Below, in pieces: positions 8,991 through 15,803 of a stretch of 17,836 bases of DNA. The notes under the pieces are model-generated. The model worked only from the letters and a program-made list of their open reading frames with translations, was not told where the DNA came from and ran no database searches. Position 1 is the stretch's first letter. The number at the start of each line of letters is the position of its first letter. A program made the translations under genes and the position numbers. Source of the DNA: a candidate division WOR-3 bacterium (GTDB lineage Bacteria > Hydrothermota > Tepidihabitantia > SM23-42 > CAYGYG01); contig CBFGIV010000047.1 of assembly GCA_965648915.1 (NCBI GenBank), positions 1 to 17,836 of the forward strand, in the 5' to 3' direction.

Positions 8991-9335
8991 CTATAAAATT
9001 ATTAACCTTTTCCACACTATGTCGGCTTGCTGATTAACTTCACCCATCTCGTCTTCACTAATATACTCCTGGTCTAAGGCTACATAACAATGACTCACCG
9101 ATTCGGCTACAGAAGCTCTTGAATAGTCCAAAAATTTCATAAAATCTTTGTTGCTGTTCCGATGAAATCCTTCAGCTATATTAGCCATAGAAGATACCGC
9201 GCTTCTCCTGACATCTCGCACCAATTCAAAGTCTTTTCTGAACTTCTCCTTTTTGGTTAATCTATAAATCAAATGCACAAACCTTCTTGCTTCTTTCCAG
9301 CATTCTAAATCTTCAAATCTTTTTATCGTAGCCAC
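8991..9335 (-). CDS. Four-helix-bundle protein (23S rRNA IVS protein / Avd-like family), probably frameshifted near the C-terminus
   Basis: IKRFEDLECWKEAR...DFELVRDVRRSAVSSMANIAEGF...FLDYSRASVAE...ALDQEYI. GTG start at 9335 follows a strong SD (AAGGGAGGT). Confidence 0.92.
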   Translation of the reverse strand: MATIKRFEDLECWKEARRFVHLIYRLTKKEKFRKDFELVRDVRRSAVSSMANIAEGFHRNSNKDFMKFLDYSRASVAESVSHCYVALDQEYISEDEMGEVNQQADIVWKRLIIL

Positions 9336-9351
9336 AATACCTCCCTTAATC

Positions 9352-9480
9352 AAACCTATTAAACTAATTCAACGAATAAAACGCTCAATCAATTAAACCT
9401 CTTATCATAACCAATTTTAAACCAACCAAACCAATTAAACCTGCTCAACTATTGTAACCAATCAAACCAATTAGACTAAT
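9352..9480. repeat. Degenerate 9-bp repeat array (AAACCAATT-like) filling the intergenic region upstream of the four-helix-bundle gene
   Basis: aaacctatt aaactaatt caacgaata ... caatcaatt aaacctctt ... aaaccaacc aaaccaatt aaacctgct caactattg taaccaatc aaaccaatt agactaat. Confidence 0.88.
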
Positions 9481-10712
9481 CATTTCTGGTTAATAGTCTT
9501 TCGATATATTTCCATTAACTCTTTATAATGGCTTTCAGGTGAGTGAACTTCCCGGGCATACTGGTAACCATTTCTGCCCATCTCTTTTGCTTCTCTCTTA
9601 TGCGCAACCAGCCACTTCATTGCATCAGCCAGTGCTTGAGTATCGCCTGGTGGAACTAATAGCCCTCTTTCTTCATCCTTGACCAGTTCGGTCATACCAC
9701 CAAGGTTAGAAGCAATAACTGGCTTTGAGTTTGCAAATGCCTCAAGGATACTGAAGGGCTGATTCTCATAACATAAAGAGGGCAGGACAATAGCCAAAGC
9801 ATTGCTTAGCAATCTTCGTAATTCTTTCCCCTGTTTCATACCGAGATATTGAGCATTGCGGGGTAATAATTGATGCAATCTCTTTTCAAGCGACCGGTCA
9901 ATTCGACCGGCAAGAATTAATTGAACTTCTGGTGCCATTTTACAGGCTTCTAATAATTGATAGATTCCTTTGATTGGCTCAAGTTTTCCAAGGAAGAGGA
10001 GATAACCATCATCGCTTTGCATATCCTGAAACATCCCATTCTTGAGAAAGAGCGGTAGATGATAGACTTTTTCTTTTAAGAAACCACGACTGATTAACTT
10101 ATCCCTTAAAAAATTACTGGGGGCTAAAAATGCATCGACATAATCCCGTACTCTCATAAAACGGTGTGCGTATGCCTCAATTGCCGACATTGTGCTGGCA
10201 AGAAGAGAACCTTTTTTACAGGATTTTAAGATTGCATAATAATAGGAATCCTTTTTGCAGGCCTCGCAGATCTCACCCGGGTTATCGACCAGAAAGTGCG
10301 AATTGGGGCAGATTAACTTATAATCGTGCAAGGTCCAGACAACCGGTAAATTGTGCCTTTTAGCCTCAAAGATAATCGAAGGTGTGATATGGGCGTGGAT
10401 GTTCTGTAAATGGACAATATCGGGTTTAAACCGGCTTAATAACTTGCTGAATTTTTTCCTTGCCTCAATTGAATATATAGAGCGCCATAAGACCTTGAAG
10501 CCAGTGACTGGATTTTTCTTCCGGTTTAATTCCCGGAAATCGATATGGCTGACAAATAAATCATCGTTCGGGTCGGGTAGATTTCTTTCATCCTCCATTG
10601 CAAAGAAGGCAACCCTGTGCCTTTTACTGCACAACAGGTCGGCGAGGTTGAAGGTATAGGTGCTATCGCCGCCACCGCGAAAATGAAAGGTGTTAGCGAG
10701 GAGGATGTTCAT
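9480..10712 (-). CDS. Glycosyltransferase family 4
   Basis: PDIVHLQNIH, WTLHDYKLICP, GKLEPIKG, PSLCYENQPFSILEAFA, SNLGGMTELV. Confidence 0.93.
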   Translation of the reverse strand: MNILLANTFHFRGGGDSTYTFNLADLLCSKRHRVAFFAMEDERNLPDPNDDLFVSHIDFRELNRKKNPVTGFKVLWRSIYSIEARKKFSKLLSRFKPDIVHLQNIHAHITPSIIFEAKRHNLPVVWTLHDYKLICPNSHFLVDNPGEICEACKKDSYYYAILKSCKKGSLLASTMSAIEAYAHRFMRVRDYVDAFLAPSNFLRDKLISRGFLKEKVYHLPLFLKNGMFQDMQSDDGYLLFLGKLEPIKGIYQLLEACKMAPEVQLILAGRIDRSLEKRLHQLLPRNAQYLGMKQGKELRRLLSNALAIVLPSLCYENQPFSILEAFANSKPVIASNLGGMTELVKDEERGLLVPPGDTQALADAMKWLVAHKREAKEMGRNGYQYAREVHSPESHYKELMEIYRKTINQK

Positions 10713-10723
10713 GGCCGTGTGGA

Positions 10724-10768
10724 TGGTCTGTTTGGTCTATTTAGTCTTTTTGGTCTGTTTGGTTAAAG
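10724..10768. repeat. Degenerate 9-bp tandem array (5 units), same family and polarity as the wecB insertion
   Basis: tggtctgtt tggtctatt tagtctttt tggtctgtt tggttaaag. Confidence 0.9.
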
Positions 10769-10808
10769 AGAAAAGAAAGGATGACAGATTTTGCGGTCAT
10801 TCAGCGGG

Positions 10809-10910
10809 TTAAAACAATGCGCCGGACGGACATTTTACTTTAATGATTCGCCTGAGTCTTGAATTTTCAAGGCGGAGTCTTTTAAGGAAACAGTTCTGAT
10901 CTTTTTTCAT
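10809..10910 (-). CDS. 33-aa coiled-coil/CPS peptide, copy 3 (below the ORF-track cutoff; may be a truncated remnant)
   Basis: MKKDQNCFLKRLRLENSRLRRIIKVKCPSGALF*; ATG lies 16 nt after the methyltransferase stop; homologous to the N-terminus of 12853..13191. Confidence 0.55.
   Translation of the reverse strand: MKKDQNCFLKRLRLENSRLRRIIKVKCPSGALF
10824..10886. repeat. Dispersed direct repeat, copy 3
   Basis: 60/63 identical to 13087..13149. Confidence 0.95.
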
Positions 10911-10926
10911 AATCAGGGATTAATAA

Positions 10927-11604
10927 TCACAAATCGTTGTCATTTGTATGCAATACATAGACTCTGCTTTCGCTAATCCAGTGACAAAGATCTCGCCAGA
11001 AAAAAACGCCAAAACCATTTTTCAAGGCTAAATTCATTATCCTGTTGTGCGAAATGGGAAACCACATATCTGATTTTGGTTTTAATTTTATTAATTTTAG
11101 TAACCAGCGTTTACATCGTAGTAACAAATTATCGAGGGCAAACATAATTACTGCACCAAATCGACTTACTCTATTAAATTCACTTAACACTCTATCTTTT
11201 ACTTCATAAGGAAGATGCCCCATTATACGAAGCGATGCAACAGCATCGATAGATTTGTCCTTAAATGGTAGATGTTCAATATCACAAACTACATAACCCA
11301 GAAATTGAGGTAGTTCATTTAAATTATAAACCTCTCTGCTTTTCTTTAGCATCTCTAATGATATATCGACAGAAACTATACGATAACCATACTCTATAAG
11401 AGCAGAAGAAAGCCGACCCGTTCCTGAAGGCGCATCTAATACAAAGCAGTTTGTGGATCGTGGTATAAGCAAATTTAATCCATCCGCCATACATTTTTTC
11501 TCAAGCCAATTTACTACACGGCCGTGCCAGTTTTTGAAACGATAATCCTCGTAATTATCAGCGACATCTCTTGAAGAATAGGCATATTTAGCTTTATAGG
11601 TCAT
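10927..11604 (-). CDS. Class I SAM-dependent methyltransferase
   Basis: VLDAPSGTGR, VDISLEML, CDIEHLPFKDKSIDAV, EFNRVS. Confidence 0.9.
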   Translation of the reverse strand: MTYKAKYAYSSRDVADNYEDYRFKNWHGRVVNWLEKKCMADGLNLLIPRSTNCFVLDAPSGTGRLSSALIEYGYRIVSVDISLEMLKKSREVYNLNELPQFLGYVVCDIEHLPFKDKSIDAVASLRIMGHLPYEVKDRVLSEFNRVSRFGAVIMFALDNLLLRCKRWLLKLIKLKPKSDMWFPISHNRIMNLALKNGFGVFFWRDLCHWISESRVYVLHTNDNDL

Positions 11605-12767
11605 TTCTTAGAAAGATTCTTATAAATTTCGAGATACTTATGTCCAACTGTATCAATGCTAAAACGTCGGGCAAATTCCTGATATGCTTCAGGTCTCATT
11701 GACCGTAATTTATCAAAACCATCAGATGTTTGCAATAACCAGTTTCGCAGACTCTCATAATCTTCAAATATAAATGCCGATTTACCTTCGGTGAGCAATT
11801 CTTCTATACCGGGCGTACGGGTCGTAATTATCGGTAATCCATTAGCAAGTGCTTCAAGCCAGGTCAATGGCGGCGCGAGAGTAGTATTAGATAGCGATAC
11901 CGGTGAAAAAAGTGCATCATATTGACCGATTTTATTGAAAAAATTTTCATCACCTTTTATTATTCTCACACCCGGACATTCAAAAGCAAGAAAATATTTA
12001 TTAAAAGACTCAGGTTTAAAGCTAAAACTGAATTCGATATCAGACCTGACCTTAACAACATCGCGCGCCAACATAACTGACCGTCTAAAATCATCAAAGC
12101 CTATCTGCTGTATGTAACCCGACCATAAAAGATGTATTTTATTATTAGTTATATGTGGCCGTCTTTTCGGCACATTGCCTACTCCCCAAGGGGCGATAAA
12201 GATTTTTGAACCATTACACCCATCACGAATTAAAAATTTCTTCGCGGCTTCAGTGGAAGTAATTACCGCATCAGCAAAATTTAAGGCCCTGGCACGAAGG
12301 CGATTGTATACTTTATTATGCGAGACATACCTCAAGACTGATGCAACAATGCGGGTCTTTTTCCCAAATAAAATTCTTAACAATGGCACCAGTAAACTCA
12401 AATCTTGCCAATGAACAATTTGTTTTTTATTCAGGATCTTTCTCAACTTGAAAGCAGAAAAAATCAGGGTTAATGATAATTCAATCAATTCGACAATCGC
12501 ATTGTGTTTATGATGATAACCTACGACTTTACCATCATTGCTATAGTAGAAGTGTTCTTTTCTTACAAAATGAAATGGCCGATAAATAAATCTAATGTTA
12601 TCTTTTAGTAATGAGAGGCTACTAATAGGTCTATCGATAATACTGACAAATTGATGACGAATATTATGCTTGCTCAAATATTCGGACAGTGCGCCCAAGA
12701 AATTTTTATCGCCGGCTATCCGCATTGGCATAATACCTACACCGATGTAGAAAAGATTGAAAGACAT
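11601..12767 (-). CDS. Glycosyltransferase family 4 (divergent); start uncertain (12767 or 12827)
   Basis: ADAVITST, APWGV, PLTWLEALANGLPIITTRTPGIEELL. Confidence 0.8.
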   Translation of the reverse strand: MSFNLFYIGVGIMPMRIAGDKNFLGALSEYLSKHNIRHQFVSIIDRPISSLSLLKDNIRFIYRPFHFVRKEHFYYSNDGKVVGYHHKHNAIVELIELSLTLIFSAFKLRKILNKKQIVHWQDLSLLVPLLRILFGKKTRIVASVLRYVSHNKVYNRLRARALNFADAVITSTEAAKKFLIRDGCNGSKIFIAPWGVGNVPKRRPHITNNKIHLLWSGYIQQIGFDDFRRSVMLARDVVKVRSDIEFSFSFKPESFNKYFLAFECPGVRIIKGDENFFNKIGQYDALFSPVSLSNTTLAPPLTWLEALANGLPIITTRTPGIEELLTEGKSAFIFEDYESLRNWLLQTSDGFDKLRSMRPEAYQEFARRFSIDTVGHKYLEIYKNLSKK

Positions 12768-12852
12768 AATATTAGAACGACCTAATTTCTTACTGGAACT
12801 CGCTGGATGTGGGAAATTCAATGGCATTCATCTCAGCCCCGGATAATATATG

Positions 12853-13191
12853 TTAGAAGATATCATCTTTCAATCCTAACTTCTTCAGCACACAGGCTAT
12901 CTCACGATAGGTTTTGATACCGCATCCTTTAAGACTGAGCAGGTGGCGGGTATTAAGTTTAAGCAAATCTTCCACACTTTTTATTCCTGCCTTATGCAGA
13001 ACATTATGCGCCCGAATTGAAAGTCCCAATTTGCTTATAGGCTGCCCCCCCCCCCCTATGTTCAGATTGTTCGGAAGATATGGGCAGGACGGACATTTTA
13101 CTTTAATGATTCGCCTCAGTCTTGAATTCTCAAGGCGGAGTTTTTTAAGCAAACTCAACTGCCGGGATAAATTCTTTTCTTTTCGGACCAT
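12853..13191 (-). CDS. Coiled-coil/CxxC peptide fused via a poly-Gly linker to an RNA polymerase alpha-subunit C-terminal-domain-like module (copy 2)
   Basis: C-terminal ISKLGLSIRAHNVLHKAGIKSVEDLLKLNTRHLLSLKGCGIKTYREI matches the alpha-CTD pattern (I..L.LS.R..N.L...GI..V.DL......LL.....G.K...EI); N-terminal LKKLRLENSRLRRIIKVKCPSCP. Confidence 0.85.
   Translation of the reverse strand: MVRKEKNLSRQLSLLKKLRLENSRLRRIIKVKCPSCPYLPNNLNIGGGGQPISKLGLSIRAHNVLHKAGIKSVEDLLKLNTRHLLSLKGCGIKTYREIACVLKKLGLKDDIF
13045..13056 (-). repeat. G12 homopolymer (coding strand), candidate slipped-strand phase-variation tract
   Basis: 12 consecutive C on the + strand; encodes GGGG using only GGG codons. Confidence 0.85.
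13087..13149. repeat. Dispersed direct repeat, copy 2
   Basis: ggacggacattttactttaatgattcgcctcagtcttgaattctcaaggcggagttttttaag. Confidence 0.95.
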
Positions 13192-13204
13192 TTCGCCGGT
13201 GCTA

Positions 13205-13930
13205 TTAGATATATCGACTTATCTCTTTTTTCAATATTTCTTTAAAGTTCTTCAAAACCCGGTGGTGGCTCACCGGCAGAAGAAGGGACAGTTCTCGCCG
13301 GAAATCTACATCCTCTTTATTTAAGCAGCTCAAAATCAGGTTCAGACTCTTCTTATCAACAAATTTATTTAAAAACGGATGGCGCAACAGATAATAAAGA
13401 TCGTAATAATCACGCGGTTTGCCACGATTAATTAACGCCTGAATCTTCTCACCCGCCATCTCTTTTGGCGTCAGATGAAGCAAAGTATACGCCGGTATAA
13501 AATCATTAACGATGGTTGTAAGTTCTGCCCGGTTTCTCCTAACTTTTCTCAGCGAAACTTCAAATTTCATCTCATCGGAAAAATCGAATATCTGATAACT
13601 AACTATTCCAAGATAACCACCGGTCGTGCGCTTGGCTTCTTTAAAACTGATTGTAATGCCAGTCCGTTCGATTTCGGCCAGAGTCGTCAGGAAAAGTTCA
13701 TCAATCTCCTTGGCCCGTGAGAAATATCCTGTAAAATCAAGGTCTTCGGAAAATCGGGGACTCTGATAAATCAATTTTAAGGCAGTGCCACCTTTAAACA
13801 GTAAATTCTCTGCGGTTCTGAATTTGTAAAGATTAGACAACCATAAATGTTGAGTATATTCACGAATGATGTTCCTTTCGGTGGTCTGAAATTTGTTAGT
13901 GAGGGCGCGCAGTTCTTCTATGGTTAGCAT
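13205..13930 (-). CDS. abiEii: AbiEii/AbiGii-family nucleotidyltransferase toxin (type IV TA)
   Basis: LLFKGGTALKLIYQSPRFSEDLDF, EKIQALINRGKPRDYYDLY. Likely start is ATG 13930 (MLTIEEL), overlapping the antitoxin 3' end by 35 nt. Confidence 0.9.
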   Translation of the reverse strand: MLTIEELRALTNKFQTTERNIIREYTQHLWLSNLYKFRTAENLLFKGGTALKLIYQSPRFSEDLDFTGYFSRAKEIDELFLTTLAEIERTGITISFKEAKRTTGGYLGIVSYQIFDFSDEMKFEVSLRKVRRNRAELTTIVNDFIPAYTLLHLTPKEMAGEKIQALINRGKPRDYYDLYYLLRHPFLNKFVDKKSLNLILSCLNKEDVDFRRELSLLLPVSHHRVLKNFKEILKKEISRYI

Positions 13931-14537
13931 AAATCTGTCCAATGAGTTGGAATATCGCCGGTTGATTAAAGAGATGCGCCCACCGGACAAGTTTATTTTT
14001 ACTGATCTTCGCCAAATCCATTCGATCATAGGTTAATCGACGTTTTTTTAGCGTCACAAAATAGAGATAATCGGCCAGTGCCTTCTCCGGTGAGGCAATT
14101 AGAACTGTATTATTCATATATTTTAATGGCTGATATCCGGTATATGCAGATTTTTTGATACGATGGTAAACAAATTGAGAATTACAAATTTCGAATCTTC
14201 TCGTCGGTCGGGTGGTCGCCGAAGTAATGGTATAAATTGTCTCGGGAATAATATTGTGAAAAGAAAGAGCAGTATCAAATGATATATATGAGGGTTCATA
14301 AACCCGGTTGGCGATTACAAATTGATCGGGAACATCTTCGGCCAGACAATAGAGACTGCCCTTCGGGGATTTTTTGAGCCGGACAAGTCGACCTTTCCGG
14401 GCATTGCGGAAAATGAAAAATTGGGCTGCAACCAGCGAAACCTTAAAAATCCTTACTAAATCATCGGGGGTGAAGATCGATAACTTCTTTGCCCTGATTA
14501 CCTGGTGAAAATTATACCAATTCAATATTTTAGCCAT
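13896..14537 (-). CDS. abiEi: AbiEi-family antitoxin / transcriptional regulator (type IV TA)
   Basis: N-terminal wHTH-like region, PSYISFDTALSFHNIIPE, ITSATT, IASPEKALADYLY; directly upstream of AbiEii. Confidence 0.88.
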   Translation of the reverse strand: MAKILNWYNFHQVIRAKKLSIFTPDDLVRIFKVSLVAAQFFIFRNARKGRLVRLKKSPKGSLYCLAEDVPDQFVIANRVYEPSYISFDTALSFHNIIPETIYTITSATTRPTRRFEICNSQFVYHRIKKSAYTGYQPLKYMNNTVLIASPEKALADYLYFVTLKKRRLTYDRMDLAKISKNKLVRWAHLFNQPAIFQLIGQIYANHRRTARPH

Positions 14538-14546
14538 ATTGCTAAT

Positions 14547-14696
14547 TTATCGAATTATATCTAAAATTGACCAAAAGTCAATACTTAATGGACAGGATGG
14601 ACAATTTACTTTAATGATTCGCCTGAGTTTCAGATTTTCGGTCCGTAGGCGCTGAATCTTACTTTTTTGGTCTGGATTATAAGGTCGACTTTTCAT
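14547..14696 (-). CDS. 49-aa coiled-coil/CxxC peptide, copy 1
   Basis: MKSRPYNPDQKSKIQRLRTENLKLRRIIKVNCPSCPLSIDFWSILDIIR; many differences from copy 2 are synonymous. Confidence 0.6.
   Translation of the reverse strand: MKSRPYNPDQKSKIQRLRTENLKLRRIIKVNCPSCPLSIDFWSILDIIR
14554..14582 (-). promoter_or_regulatory. Sigma70-type promoter for abiEi-abiEii with an overlapping palindromic operator candidate
   Basis: TTGACT (14581-14576), 16 nt, TATAAT (14559-14554); inverted repeat ATTGAC-N5-GTCAAT at 14566-14582. Confidence 0.75.
14595..14639. repeat. Dispersed direct repeat, copy 1 (more diverged)
   Basis: Shares the exact 20-bp core tttactttaatgattcgcct (14605-14624) with 13097-13116 and 10834-10853. 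Confidence 0.9.
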
Positions 14697-14744
14697 AAAA
14701 TCTTCTAAGACATAACCCTGCATCAACACAAATGCACAACTTCA

Positions 14745-15803
14745 TTAAAAATGATTCAGAATAACTTTATATTCCTCTAAGTATCTATTTGCTGTTTTAG
14801 CGACATCAAATTCATTGATTGCATAATTAAATGCATTCTCAACTTTTTCTATCATCGGTTTTGAACCATAGTTATTGTAGATAAAATGAATCCTGTCCGC
14901 CAGATTATCTGCATTACCACAGGCAAAGTAATAACCCAATTCGCCGTTTCTGATAATCTCCATCGGCCCATCGACATTTGAAACCAACACAGGAATTTTT
15001 GCTACCATTGCCTCTACTACCGTCAAGCCAAAACCTTCATATAATGATGGTTGAATAAATAAATCGTAATCTCTTAAGTGAGAATAGATATATTCTCTAT
15101 CTCTTAATCCAAGAAAATTAATCTGTTTCTCCAAGGAGAAGTTTTTAACAAGTTCTTTCAAAAATTGTTCCGAAGCACCTTCACCGATAAAATCTAAATA
15201 GATTTTAGCAATATTGTATCTTTTATGAAGTATTTTAATCGCTTCTATTGATAGATGTTGCCCCTTTTTCTGATGGTCAAGGCGCCCGACCTGAACTATT
15301 TTGAAAATATTTGATTTATTAAAATCCTCTCTTCTTTTGATAAAGTCTATTTGAATACCATTATAAATAACGACCGATTCTAATTTAGCCCGCCTTGCTA
15401 CATCCTGCTGGACGGCTTTTGATATGGCAAAAAGTCTTCTATACTTATTAAAGTCTTCAATAGGTAAACCAACATCATGCACAGTAAGAACGGCTCTTTT
15501 TTTAAGATCGGGCATTAGAATTTTTATTGCATTCTCACTATGACTGTGAATAAGGTCAGGATTAAATTTAGTAAGTAAATAATTCAATTTTAATATAGGA
15601 ATAATATTCCTGCTTTTGGGCGTGCGACCGATACAGAATATTTTAATCTCAGGATTAATCTTATTTAGTAAATTGGGGGCAATTAATTTGTTAATTATAA
15701 ACAATCCGATCTCGACCTGTTTAACCTGTTCATTAACAATATCCACCAGCATCGTCTCCGAACCACCGGTGATAAAGGAAAAGATAAGATGGGCAATTTT
15801 CAT
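14745..15803 (-). CDS. Glycosyltransferase family 4
   Basis: GGSETML, PDLIHSH, QVGRLDHQKKGQ, PSLYEGFGLTVVEAM. Confidence 0.93.
   Translation of the reverse strand: MKIAHLIFSFITGGSETMLVDIVNEQVKQVEIGLFIINKLIAPNLLNKINPEIKIFCIGRTPKSRNIIPILKLNYLLTKFNPDLIHSHSENAIKILMPDLKKRAVLTVHDVGLPIEDFNKYRRLFAISKAVQQDVARRAKLESVVIYNGIQIDFIKRREDFNKSNIFKIVQVGRLDHQKKGQHLSIEAIKILHKRYNIAKIYLDFIGEGASEQFLKELVKNFSLEKQINFLGLRDREYIYSHLRDYDLFIQPSLYEGFGLTVVEAMVAKIPVLVSNVDGPMEIIRNGELGYYFACGNADNLADRIHFIYNNYGSKPMIEKVENAFNYAINEFDVAKTANRYLEEYKVILNHF

Noticed and set aside
8991..9335. Diversity-generating retroelement (Avd-like gene)
   Set aside because: No reverse transcriptase in the window and no TR/VR pair with adenine-specific mismatches; differences among the dispersed repeats are mostly synonymous.
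8887..9480. CRISPR array interpretation of the repeats
   Set aside because: Units are 9 bp, tandem and degenerate, with no unique spacers and no cas genes.
10766..10800. ATGAC-N10-GTCAT followed by a pyrimidine run (minus strand) as a terminator
   Set aside because: Stem is only 5 bp with a large loop; too weak to call.
12853..13191. Calling the gene rpoA
   Set aside because: Only a CTD-like module is present; there is no alpha N-terminal domain and no ribosomal-protein operon context.
13931..14029. N-terminal extension of AbiEii given by the ORF track
   Set aside because: It would overlap abiEi by 134 nt; ATG at 13930 gives a more typical start.
10824..14639. Integron attC sites as the identity of the three dispersed repeats
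   Set aside because: There is a small hairpin (CGCCT-TGAA..TTCA..AGGCG) in copies 2 and 3, but no RYYYAAC/GTTRRRY ends, the hairpin is not kept in copy 1, and no integrase is visible.
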